A DNA stretch of 64,000 bases from Macrostomum lignano (Eukaryota), in NCBI GenBank assembly GCA_002269645.1, contig NIVC01000512.1:296753-360752 (forward strand), given 5' to 3'. A model generated the notes under the pieces. The model searched no databases. It was not told where the DNA came from and saw only the letters and a list, made by a program, of their open reading frames with translations. The position numbers and the translations under genes were made by a program. This document shows, in pieces, positions 10,032-21,689 of the stretch (its first letter is position 1; the number at the start of each line of letters is the position of its first letter).

Positions 10032-13000
10032 ATGCGCAGTGAATCTTGGTTAATGCTGCTTTGTGCTCTGTTCTGTTCGGCATTTGTGCCAGCCCAGTTC
10101 ACGCAAGAGTGCCGTTCCGATACCTACCCACCCCCAAGCAGCTCAGAGGTGGAGTGGTTTGATGTCAGCTTAGACGAAGCTCCAATTATTCGCTGGCGCC
10201 ATGTGGTAGCGCGCCGTCAATCCCAGATACGCGACCTACTGTTGCAGTTTAAAAATTTCATTCGGCAACTGACCGGCTCGAGTGTGTACTTTAACCTTGT
10301 TGCGCGGTCTCTGACTCTTATTGCGCCCACTGTGCCGCAGCCCTACCAGGACGAAATGGTTGGCATTAGCACAGTGACTGGCATTCCATTGGGCGAGATT
10401 TTGCTTTACAATATCTTCTACGAAGCCACTAACCTGTGCACGTCTGTGTTGGCTGAGGATTCCAAGGTAGATATAATATTTACTATCTTCTTAGTGAGAC
10501 TTTCTGCTCAAGTCTGACAACACAACAAAAACAACAAAATACGCTGTCAGGATGGCAAAAGTCAGCGTCGCAGGGCGCGCTTCATGGCTTGGGCGCGAAC
10601 AAAGGCCGCGCCACCGGCAGTGTCCGGGGCGCCGGCGTCAGCCAGCAGACAGTCGACGTAACGCCGAGTTCGCGCTTGACCTCGCCGGTAGGGTGCCTGC
10701 AGTGTGAACAGCAGCACCTGCACCGGCTGTGGGCAGTACGACTCGGCGCAGATGAGATGGCCTGCGAGCTGGAGTCGCCGACGGCGCAGTAGATCGCTTG
10801 GACGTGGCAGGCCAGCGCGGCGATAGAGTGCCGCGTTGGTGACTCGCTCGACGCCGATGTTGAAGGCGGCGCGCAGCAGGCCAGCGTGCGCCGCATCGAC
10901 TTGCTGAGACTTCTCAATTCTAAGACCCATTGAAAACGATACTCTACGGCCCCAGAGTCACTATAGAAGCGTCCGAGAGTAGTTTCAGAGTCGCAGACAA
11001 TAAAGCATCTCAAATTGGCTCTTAGGCCATCCTTTTTGGTAACTTGCGCCGTGCCGTGACATCTCGTCGTTTTGGACTCGTCTAGAGTCACTTCTTTCGT
11101 ATTTACCTGTGTTATCTGCAACAACTCTGGGGTGACGCAATTGACGGAAATGGCCCGAATGCCCGATTTTTTTAAGGGTGGCCCGAATTTATGTGTAGCT
11201 AATGGGCCTGATTTTTCCTCACTAATTCTTATTCTCTATTGACGAAGTCGTGAGAAGGACAGCCTTGCAGCCTTGGATTGCTGACCATCAGGGCACTTGT
11301 TGTATCACAATCGTGTCTGGTGGCTAAAGGTTGGGCTGCTGCCAGTCTGTAGGTCTCACCAGACTCAAAGAATTTGTGCGCCAGTGCCTATGCTGTATGC
11401 CGCTGGCAGCTGGAGGAGGAAAGATGATAATAACGTAAGAAAAGGGAGAAGCTGGAGAAGAGTCACGTCAGATATCCAAAATGAAAGTAGAGCCAGCAAG
11501 AAATACACCGACTTGGAGAAGTTGGTTCAGTAGACGCCCGAGCAGATTAGGGAGAAGCTGAAGCAGAGCAACTGTTGTTGGAGACGACAAAGGCCAAGGA
11601 AGCAAAAAAGTGCGGCCCGAAAAAACGGCTACCCCTCCCTCCCACAACTGATCGGGAGCTTTTTTGTGCGTATTTTTATTATTAATTCTCATTCTTATAC
11701 CATGTACTCGTTATTGATCATCGTTTCCATCTTGTCAGGGAGTCCTTTACCACGCTCGCAATCTGGATTTCGGTCTCTTCTTTGGCTGGGACAAAGCCAA
11801 AAAGACTTGGCTCGTCACCGAGTACCTTCGGCCAACCATTGTGAACATCCGGTTCAAGAAGTCCGGCCAGACGGTGTTCATGTCCACCCACTTTGCCGGC
11901 TATGTTGGCATTCTGACCGCCCTGAAGCCGGGCAGGTTCAGCCTCACCGTGAATTCTAGAAATAGTCTCGATGGCAGCTCGACTCTCGGCATCATCGAAT
12001 GGATTCTGGGCAAGAGGGACGCCGTCTGGATGGGCTTCCTAACTCGCAGAGTCATGGAGACGGCCGACAGCTACGCCCAGGCCAAGCAGATGCTGACGGG
12101 CACCAAGATGCTGGCACCGGCCTACTTCATCTTGGGTGGCAACAGCACTATGCAGGTTCGTGAGTTACTAAAATTAGAATAATCGAAAGAGTATCCGATT
12201 TTATTAGTGACTGTATTGTCAGATAAGGCTAGCTAGGCTTCCAAGGGGCTCTATGCACTGCTAGGTTGACTCAGCTGCAGAGGGGGGGGTCCGAGCATCC
12301 GGATACAACAGGGAAAGCCCCGGATACACCCCGGCAAGCACAGGCAGCTGGTGTTGCCGTGTCCGCAGCGCGGTCCCCCTCCGGGGAGTCCAGGAGGTGG
12401 ATGGTCACTCGCCCGGTAGCTTTTAAGTAGCGGACGAGCTGGCAGAGATTCTCGGGCCTGAAAACGTCGAAGAGGTCCGAGTTTGTGCCGAGGTAGATGA
12501 GCCTGTCCTGGGTAAAGACGGGGCATTTGCAGGTGAAGTGCTCCGCATTCTCAACACCTAAGAGGCAGAATGGACATTCCTCACTGCTGATTTTTCCGTG
12601 GAGGTGACGATGACTTGCAAAACAGCCATGACCCGGGAGGGCCATGGTCACCGCCCTAGTGTCGCTGCGGCTTTACATAGGTTAGATAGAACTTTATAAT
12701 TGCTCACACAACCCTGCGGATTAGATCGAGTCTAAGAATTCTGTAGTCTAAACTTTATATATTTATAAATATTTGATATTCAAAAGTTAAAAGTCTCGAA
12801 ATTACACTGTCCGACAAGCCAAATCTACTACAAATCAAATGATTCTAATCTCCTCCCGGCTGCACTGGCGCAGGGCTGCATCATCACCCGGTCCCGAAAC
12901 GCCGCCATCGACGTGTGGGAGCGCTCGGCGGCCGCCAACCACACCTGGTACCTGCTGCAGACCAACTACGATCACTGGAAGCCACCGTTTGTGCTTGACG

Positions 13001-13194
13001 ACAGGCGAACCCCCGGCAACAAGTGCATGATGGCCAAGGGTCAGGCTAGCATGGGGTTCAAGGAGATCTTCAATGTGCTGAGCTCGATTCCTGTGCTCAA
13101 CAAGCTCACAACTTACACGGCTCTGATGCGGGTGGACACGGGAGAGTATCACAGCTACCGCCAGACCTGCAAGGACCCGTGTCCGATTTGGTAG
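10032..13194 (+). CDS. ASAH1: Acid ceramidase paralog A, 390 aa; exons 10032-10466, 11739-12155, 12874-13194
   Basis: Signal peptide, CRSDTYPP, NIFYE...CTS (nucleophile Cys), [19 protein letters not shown], DPCxxW. All introns are GT-AG phase 0 and the frame is continuous. Confidence 0.93.
10517..10925 (-). mobile_element. 5'-truncated non-LTR retrotransposon 3' fragment (post-RT region) in ASAH1-A intron 1
   Basis: Minus ORF with ...LYRRAGLPRPSDLLRRRRLQLAGHL..., typical of the LINE RT C-terminal region, followed by a (TTG)-rich tail. Confidence 0.65.
12255..12655 (-). mobile_element. Non-LTR retrotransposon 3' fragment with CCHC zinc knuckle (R1/I/Loa-like) in ASAH1-A intron 2
   Basis: Minus ORF LPGHGCFASHRH...CPFCLLGVENAEHFTCKCP. 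Confidence 0.65.
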
Positions 13195-13472
13195 ATTGGC
13201 ATTAAACTGACTCAATTTGTGCTTGTTTTATAAAGCAGATTTTAACTGCTTTGGTGCGTGGCTTTCAATTTTGTTTTTTAAATTCCATTTTCACTAACTT
13301 CCTGCATTCAGAGTTTTTTAATGCACTTTTACAATATTTTCTATCTTCCGCAATAGTCAGTTGTCTTTGATCGCTTTTAAAAAATATAATATTTTGTAAG
13401 CTCGATTGAAGCTTTGCTTGTCACTATAATAAACTATTTTGTTGATCCTGATTTTTTAATACTTGCTAGCTG

Positions 13473-14043
13473 ATTCAAAGACTTAGGGAGCGGAGAGGCA
13501 GATTCAAGGACTTAGGGAGCGGAGAGGCAGATTCAAGGACTGAGAGAGCGGAGAGGCAGATTCAAAGACTGAGGGAGCGGAGAGGCAGATTCAAGGACTG
13601 AGGGAGCGGAGGGGCAGATTCAAGGACACTGAGGGAGCGGAGAGGCAGATTCAAGGACACTGAGGGAGCGGAGAGGCAAATTCAAGGACTGAGGGAGCGG
13701 AGAGGCAGATTCAAGGACTGAGAGAGCGGAGAGACAGGTTCAAGGACTGAGGGAGCGGAGAGGCAGATTCAAGGACACCGAGGAAGCGGAGAGGCAGATT
13801 CAAGGACACCGAGGGAGCGGAGAGGCAGATTCAAGGACTGAGGGAGCGGAGAGGCAGATTCAAGGACACTGAGGGAGCGGAGAGGCAGATTCAAGGACAC
13901 TGAGGGAGCGGAGAGGCAGATTCAAGGACACTGAGGGAGCGGAGAGGTAGATTCAAGGACACTGAGGGAGCGGAGAGGCAGATTCAAGGACACTGAGGGA
14001 GCGGAGAGGCAAATTCAAGGACTGAGGGAGCGGAGAGGCAGCG
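13473..14043. repeat. 29/31-bp purine-rich minisatellite (gagggagcggagaggcagattcaaggact), ~19 copies, upstream of SNRPA1
   Basis: Direct inspection. Confidence 0.95.
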
Positions 14044-14181
14044 GAGGGAACTGGGGAAGTAGCCAGACAAGGAGGAATTTAGACAAACTAACAACTAGTG
14101 GATGCTTGTGCTAAATTATTAAATCTATTATTTCCCGATTGCAGCTCATTGATTTGTCCACTGATTGCATTGCCAACAAGC

Positions 14182-15612
14182 ATGAAGCTGACGCCCGAGC
14201 TTATACAGAACTCGGTGCAGACCACTAATCCGCTGGGTGACCGCGAACTAGATCTGCGAGGATACAAGGTGGCTTTGTTAGAGAATCTCAGCGCTACTCT
14301 GGACCAGTTTGATACCATCGACCTCACAGATAATGAGGTATATATAATGCTTCCATTGCAACACTATCATTGATGTACTCTCAGCTTGATGCATCACTCT
14401 CTGTTCGTTGTTTGGCCTAGCTGATATGCATGTACTCTCCAATCTCACTTTCTCTTCCTCTTAACAAACTGCCGGAACGGAGAGACAGATTCTTCCTCTA
14501 ACAAACTGCCATTCTTCCTCAAACAAACTGCTATTCTTTCCCTAACAAACTGCCATTCTTCCTCAAACAAACTGCTATTCTTTCCCTAACAAACTGCCAT
14601 TCTTCCTCAAACAAACTGCTATTCTTTCCCTAACAAACTGTCATTCTTTCCCTAACAATCTGCCATTCTTCCTCAAACAAACTGCCATTCTTCCTTCAAC
14701 AAACTGCCATTCTTCCTCTAACAAACTACCATTCTTTCCCTAACAAACTGTCATTCTTTCCCTAACAATCTGCCATTCTTCCTCTAACAAACTACCATTC
14801 TTCACCTAACAAACTACCATTCTTCACCTAACAAACTACCATTCTTCACCTAACAAACTACCATTCTTCACCTAACAAACTACCATTCTTCACCTAACAA
14901 ACTACCATTCTTCACCTAACAAACTACCATTCTTCACCTAACAAACTGCCATTCTTACTGCCCTAACAAACGCATTCTTCCCACGAATCGGCAGATCCGC
15001 AAGCTGGACGGCTTCCCCCACCTGCCCCGGCTGGCAAACCTGATGCTGAACAATAACAAGGTGATGCGCATTGGCGACGGCCTTTCAAGCAGCCTGCCGC
15101 GCCTGTCGACCCTCCTGCTGACCAACAACTGCCTGCAGGAGCTGGCGGACTTGGAGCCCCTGACCGCCCTGAAGCGGCTGCGCTTCCTGTCCCTGCTGAA
15201 GAACCCCGTCTGCAGCCGGCGCAACTACCGCCTACACGTGGTGCACAAGCTGCCCAGTCTGCGCTTCCTCGACTTTCGACGCATCACCGACGCCGAACGT
15301 CGACAAGCGGCCGCGCTGTTTACCTCCGGTGGCGTCGGGGATGTCGCCGATAAATCGGCGGCGAGCTTGAAGTCCAAGCCTGCCAAGACTTTCACGCCCG
15401 GAGCGCCAGTGCCGGCGGCTGCTGCCGCTGCGTCGGCGCCTGTCTCGGCAGCCGGCGGCCCGACTTCCGCTGACCTGCTGGCTGTGCGCGAGGCGATCCG
15501 GCGGGCAAACACCCTGGACGAGGTGGACCGGCTCAACCGGCTGCTCACTACAGGAAACTATGCCGGCTTTGCTAAGACTGGCGGCGGAGGCGGCGGAGAG
15601 AAGCAGGCCTGA
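14182..15612 (+). CDS. SNRPA1: U2 snRNP protein A', 257 aa; exons 14182-14337 and 14995-15612
   Basis: MKLTPELIQNS...RELDLRGYK...ENLSATLDQFDTIDLTDNE|IRKLDGFPHLPRL...LRFLDFRRI...AIRRANTLDEVDRLNRLL. GT-AG phase 0 intron. Confidence 0.95.
14462..14975 (+). repeat. 22-bp intronic minisatellite (ctaacaaactaccattcttcac), ~23 copies, AG-free on the sense strand
   Basis: No AG dinucleotide between 14490 and the acceptor at 14993-14994. Many units contain CTAAC. Confidence 0.95.
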
Positions 15613-15719
15613 CTGTCTGTTGTTATTGCATTGCTCTGTCTGCCGTGACGCGTTCTGTACTCTGCTTTTCTATTAGTCAATTGTTTCATTCATTGGCCTC
15701 ATCAGCATGTTTAATTAGG

Positions 15720-16280
15720 TGCTCCATGGATGGCTCCTTGCCCCTCACTGAAGCCATGGATGGGTCCTTTGGTCATTCCCCACTCACTGAAGCCATGGAT
15801 GGGTTCTTTAATTGGTCAGCCATTTCCCCTCACTGAAGCCATGGATGGCTCCTTTGGTCATTCCCCACTCACTGAAGCCATGGATGGGTCCTTTAATTAG
15901 TCAGCCATTCCCCCTCACTGAAGCCATAGATGGGTCCTTTGGTCATTCCCGACTCACTGAAGCCATGGATGGGTCCTTTAATTGGTCAGCCATTCCCCCT
16001 CACTGAAGCCATGGATGGGTTCTTTAATTGGTCAGCCATTCCCCCTCACTGAAGCCATGGATGGCTCCTTTAATTGGTCAGCCATTCCCCCTCACTGAAG
16101 CCATGGATGGGTCCTTTAATTGGTCAGCCATTCCCCCTCACTGAAGCCATGGATGGGTCCTTTAATTGGTCAGCCATTCCCCCTCACTGAAGCCATGGAT
16201 GGGTCCTTTAATTGGTCAGCCATTCCCCCTCACTGAAGCCATGGATGGCTCCTTTAATTGGTCAGCCATTCCCCCTCCCT
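15720..16280. repeat. 37- to 46-bp minisatellite (ctcactgaagccatggatgggtcctttaattggtcagccattcccc) just 3' of SNRPA1
   Basis: Direct inspection; about 13 units. Confidence 0.93.
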
Positions 16281-16691
16281 GAAGAAATAAAGGTGATCCC
16301 TTGGTCGGCCATTGTGAAAGAATTGGGATTGGGATATTGGCGAAGTGCGGTTTTTATTAGGCAAAATAAATTTTATACTATGCTGCACAAAAAGACGCTG
16401 ACGCATTCATTCATTTCCTACCTACCGTTTAATACTGTGGATGACGCATTTCCTTCGTGTCGGTGGGCTCTTGAAAGAGTCGAAGCGATTTGTGTTTTTT
16501 TCCAGTTTGATCACATTGGCTGGATTTGACTTGTTCCTTTTTTCTTAAATTAGTATCTTATTCTTAGTTAAACTCATCGTAACAATTAGGTAATTAGCTT
16601 GATGAATGTCGTAAATAGGACTTTACGCATCTGAATTTCAAATGTCAATTTTGTTGTTAAATAAAAAAATATTTTTCATTCTTTCAACTTA

Positions 16692-17040
16692 GGGCGGCCG
16701 TAGCCCAGTGGTCCAGCGCGGCGCTCTGGTGTGCCAGCGGCCCAGGCTCGATTCCCAGTGCAGTCACATTAATTTGGGGCTAAATTGGAATCTCGGCTTG
16801 GCTCTGCTCGTGCAATCAACGCCCTTGAGGGTCAACCCCTATGGCACAGTGAAGTGTACATGCCTAACGAATAAAGTTAGGGCCGCTGTGCACTCCTGTG
16901 TGTGCCTGTGCGTATGACTGCGTACGTATCCGCGCGCTTGTGTGCCTGCTCAGGGGAGTCAGCGGAATGGGCAGTAATGCCTCTCGCCGGTTGTGTGACC
17001 ATGTCGCTTAAATGCACACAGACCCTGTCTCTATTAATAA
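16692..17040 (+). mobile_element. tRNA-derived SINE
   Basis: Pol III A box (tagcccagtgg) and B-box-like (ggctcgattccc) in a ~73-nt tRNA-like head, followed by an unrelated body. Confidence 0.55.
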
Positions 17041-17304
17041 ATGCTTCAATTTAACCTTAAAAGAATTAGGATACTAATGTTCTTGATTTAAGAACACAAA
17101 GTTACAGATTAGAGAAAGAAAGAAATTGTAGGAAATCTTCAAATAATCAATCATAGGATATCTATATAAATGACTTATTACAGATTATTAAATACTAAAA
17201 TTTTCAGCCAACGTTGAGCCCGTTGTCAGGGGACAATTAAAAACTTCAAAGAATCCACTGAACTGAAATTTCCTGACTAACGAAAGCATCGATAAAAAGT
17301 AGGC

Positions 17305-18230
17305 ATGGCATCCGGTGTATCAGTTGATCCTCAGGTTGAAGAGCACTTCAAAGCCATCAAGATCGGGCACAGGTATCGCTACATTGTGTTTCACATAGTC
17401 AACGATTCCACCATCACCACGGAGCGCATTGTTGAGGAGAGCAGCTACGAAGATTTCGTTGATTCCTTGCCTAGAAACGATTGTCGCTACATTATTTACG
17501 ATTACGCCTACACGCTGGAGGATGGCGGCAAGCGGGAGAAGCTGCTGTTTATTCACTGGGCACCGGATGTGTGCAAAATTCGCTGCAAAATGATCTACGC
17601 CTCATCCAAGGTTTGTAGTGCTAAGCTCTTAAGCTTCTTGATTTATACTTTAAAACACTTATGGTTAGCAAATATCAGTTTTGTTCTTAATAAATTGTTC
17701 CGGTCGGTTGCTATGGTGATTGGTCGTGGTTGCTATGGAGATTAGTGATGGTTGCTATGGTGGTTCGTCATGGTTGCTATGGTGATTGGTCATGATTGCT
17801 ATGGTAATTGGTCGTTGCTGTTATCGTGATTGGTAATGGTTGCTATGGTGATCGGTCATGGTTGCTATGGTAATTGGTCATGGTTGCTATGGTAATTGGT
17901 CATGGTTGCTATGCTGATTGGTCATGGTTGCTATCGCAATTGGTCCTTGTATCTATGGTCATTAGGCCCGGTAGCAAGTATATTAGGAAATATTACGCTA
18001 TTTAGATTGAAGCAAAGTATCGTAGAACAATCCAAGTGGTAAGTCAATGTGGGTTGCTATGGTAAATTTTTTCAAACGAAGCTTAACAATCGCATGATTA
18101 TAATTTTCAGGACGCCATCAAGCACAAGCTGCGCGGCGTGGTGGAGATTCAGGCCAACGATATCAGTGAAGTGGCCGAGGACTGCATCCGCGATCGGCTG
18201 AAGGCCGCCGGAGCCTCCGGCGACAAGTGA
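17305..18230 (+). CDS. CFL: Cofilin/ADF, 141 aa; exons 17305-17610 and 18111-18230
   Basis: MASGVSV...YRYIVF...CRYIIYD...KLLFIHWAPD...KMIYASSK|DAIKHKL...EIQAND. GT-AG phase 0 intron. Confidence 0.93.
17700..17960 (+). repeat. 22-bp minisatellite (ggttgctatggtgattggtcat) in the cofilin intron
   Basis: Direct inspection. Confidence 0.9.
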
Positions 18231-19494
18231 AACCTGTTGGTTGATTTATTGACAAATCTATTGCAGAATGAAAGGATAGAATTAACTGGTTGGCATGCAG
18301 TTGTGCACCTACGGATAAGGGGCTTACCTTTATTTGGACTCTTCTTTACAGTTGATTTCTTGTATTGAAAGCGATACTTTATTTCTTGCTTGTCAAATAT
18401 TTTCCAACACTAAAAACCAAGATAGAGTGAAGCATATCGAGTACATTGCGCTACTACGCATTGCATGCCTTCTCAAAAGCTTTCCGAGTACTCCCATTGT
18501 CCCAGATACGAGTGCACACTCGAAATTTTTTGCTTGATGATAATTAGATACACCCTGCTGCATGGCTTTCTACTTACTTTTTGAAGTGACAGTGGACAGT
18601 AGTAGTATAGTTAGTACTTGCTGTGCTAAATTTATTTTATTCTCCTCACCTCTCACAGTAAGGCATCTATTTGCATCAATTTTTTACAGTCCTTTTCTAT
18701 TCGACTATTCAGCAGTATTTTTTTCAGTCCTTTTTAGTGTTGCTATTTATCACTTTCAATTTCTAGTCGTTTTTTTGTTTTATTTTCCCCGCCCACCTAC
18801 CTGCCGTCTTTGAAGTGCTAATGCTCGCTAATAACCTGGCTAAAATAGTACACGCCTTTGATTTACCTAATTCTACTCAAGCATCGAGTATCTGTCATGT
18901 TTCTGTTTGATTACTGAAATTTATTAATTAGTGAGCATATAGGAGGCAATTAAATTTGGTTTGCCTTTTTTACAGTGACGATGCGCCAGTCGGCAGTTGA
19001 GTAGAGCTCATATGAGTAGCTGCTTTACTGACGGATGTGCAATACACCCTATCTGAAGCGTTTGATTTTTGCCTTTTTCATTTGAACCGTTTTAGAGGCT
19101 TTAGAGGCCAGTATCCATAGTCTAGTGGTCTTGGTCTAGCTTATTAATCTGGCGCCATTTAGGGACTTGTCTGGCTACCGGGTCGGGAAACGAACCCGCT
19201 TCCACCCAAAAAGCTTAGTTCCCAGTTCTCATACTTTGCAGGTACAGGTAACAGTAATAAGTAGACCGTATTAAGTATAGTTGGCATACTTAGTATATTG
19301 TAATGACTAGCACACTTTTTGGGACTTAAATGAAGTTTTAAAAGTATAATCAACATTTCATCACAGTTTTGCACAAGTGCTGTGTTAATTGCATACATAA
19401 ATTCGCATGATTCACAGTTAACCAATGGCCCTGATACGCTTAGACATCAAGGCAGACAATTAAACGGCCTGTTGCGCATTTTTTCGTCACTTTG

Positions 19495-20846
19495 TACATC
19501 GGCTGTCCGGAAAGTCGTGAGATTGTATTTAAAAAAACCAGTCAGAACTATCAGAAAACACGATAACAGCACTAGTTGGTAATGTAATCTCCCCTTGCGT
19601 TGATTACAGCTTGGCAATGGTCAACGAGTCGCTGAACCTCTCTTTTCAAGCAATCTTCGTCAAGGCCTCTTGCCCATTGCAATGCAGCTTCTCGAACTTC
19701 ATTGTGGTCGCTGAACACTCGCCTGGAGAAATCAGTCTTCATCTAAATGAACAAAAAATGGTCGCACAAATTGAAGTCTGGGCCGTAAGGACTCTGAAAC
19801 ACCAGCTGAACTCCACGGGACTCCATGTACTGCTGCACAGAACGGGCTACGTGAGGTCGCGCATTGTCCCACTGCCAAAGAACATCCGACAGATGAATTG
19901 GCCTTGACCTGAGAGTACGCCATAGATCTCCGGTGTGCCGAATGAACTCAACTATGCCATTTGCATCAGCAGTTTGCTTTGGGGCTGTGGATTCAATGGA
20001 GAAGCGCTTGTTTGGAGTAAAAGCAACCAGAAGCATTGTCTTTGCATTGCCGACTGAGTGCCTGACAACCTAGGGCCGATGATCCCCTTGGCCAAGCCAG
20101 CACCTGTTGTTTTGCTTTGTGCCAGTGTTGTTCAGGTACTCCCACGTCTCATCTTCCACCACGTACTTGTCGCAAAAGTTTTTCATGCCCTCGTAAAAAA
20201 GCCCGCGAATTTGCTTGGCACAATTGATGCGAGCAGTCTTGTTCTCCTCGGATAGAGCATGCGGAACCCAGACAGCAGAAACGTTTCGAAGGTGCAAATC
20301 CTCAGTCACAATTTCGCGCACTGTTGTTTTTCCAACTTCCAAAAAGTCAGCGAGGTCTCGGACACTAACTTTTGGATCCTCTTCAATAAGAGCTCGGCAG
20401 GTTTCGATCAGTTCCGCTGTCCTTGTTGACCGTGGCCGGCCAGTCCGAGGAGCTGAGACCGGGGGAAATGCTTCGTCACGGAACTTCGAATACCATCTGT
20501 AAACCGTTGACTGACCTGGTGCAGCATCTCCATAAACTTTGAGCAGCTCGTCATGGCAGCTGATAGCGGAGATTCCAAGACGGTATCTAGCATAGGCATA
20601 ACCCTGGAAGTCTTCCATTTTGAAGAACTCGCTGTCAAAATTTTCAAGCTTGATCACCGCGTTGCATTTGTTATTGAGCACTTTATACTGAGCTCGCCCC
20701 TGCCCCCCAATTTTGCTACTAGAATAACAAGAATTTTCACCATTGACATATATGAGTCTATTATTGAAAATTTATGTGTGCCACGTCAACAGCTTGCTGC
20801 TTTCTTGCTTAATTGACACATTCTCATGACTTTCCGGACAGAAGTA
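19495..20846 (-). mobile_element. Full-length mariner (DD34D) element, ~1.35 kb
   Basis: Inverted repeats ctgtccggaaagtcgtgaga and tctcatgactttccggacag match at 19/20. TA lies at both outer ends. The element contains a transposase. Confidence 0.9.
19572..20618 (-). pseudogene. Mariner transposase (~348 codons) with two in-frame TAG stops at 20070-20072 and 19743-19745
   Basis: HTH region, WVPH, VEDETW, WDNARPH, SPYGPDFNLCD, GDYIT*. The frame is continuous across both stops. Confidence 0.88.
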
Positions 20847-21689
20847 CATCAGTAGTGCAATTTGATGGCACTTTAAACGAGCTACTACTACTAATTAAGA
20901 CGCTAAAACAAGTTTACGTGTACCAAGTAAACCTATACTAAACTCTACTCTAATTTTTATCAAATGAACGGGGTATTTTTATGTTCATTATGTGCTTACA
21001 AGTGCTAAAATGTTCGAATTCGCACCAGATTTCTCATTGACTTTGCTTGTCTTACAATGCTCTCAAAAACCTGTTTAATAAGAACAACGTCGGTGAAATT
21101 TGAGCAAGAAGAGAGCAATTGCTCATTTCCAATAGTGCATATGCTCCGGAACACAGTTTTGTGACCTCTAAAACAGACGCGGTGGCTGACAGGCGTGTCA
21201 TGTGCTTTCATGCAGCTTACTTTGAAAACCTAGATGTACACTTTGTACATCAATTGGTCTAAATAATCAGTCCATACTTTGTGTACGACGGTCAGATGTG
21301 AAAGTTCGTGCTTCATGGACGGATTATCATCTGTTTTAGTTGGGCGTACGCGCTCATTATCGAGAGTGATAGCATCACCTGGCAGAGATGAAAGCAGCCT
21401 ATGGGCCTTGCCAATCATAAGTTTATTTATGTTAGAATAGTTCATATATAGGGTCCATAATAATGCCTTATCAACTGCAATTTGCGTCATATTTCAAAGT
21501 GACTTTCTCTCTTACCGTGTGCGTGCCTGGTGCAGTTGGTTTTATCTCTAGCTTTATCAAGTAAGTGGCCGCAGCCAGTATAGCGAACTTGTCTGTTATA
21601 GTTGTGGCATAAAACTGACCCAACCCACCAGAGAGCCCGGGTGCAAACTTAGGTTTGGCGTACTGTTTCTATCTCAGAGTTTCGCAGCC

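Noticed and set aside
16692-16766. Functional tRNA gene
   Set aside because: Degenerate stems and continuation into a repeat body indicate a SINE head. The same applies to 57809-57881.
21005-21620. Possible small minus-strand gene divergent from ASAH1-B
   Set aside because: Some phase-compatible GT-AG pairs exist, but there is no clear start codon or recognisable domain, so it is not supportable without transcripts.
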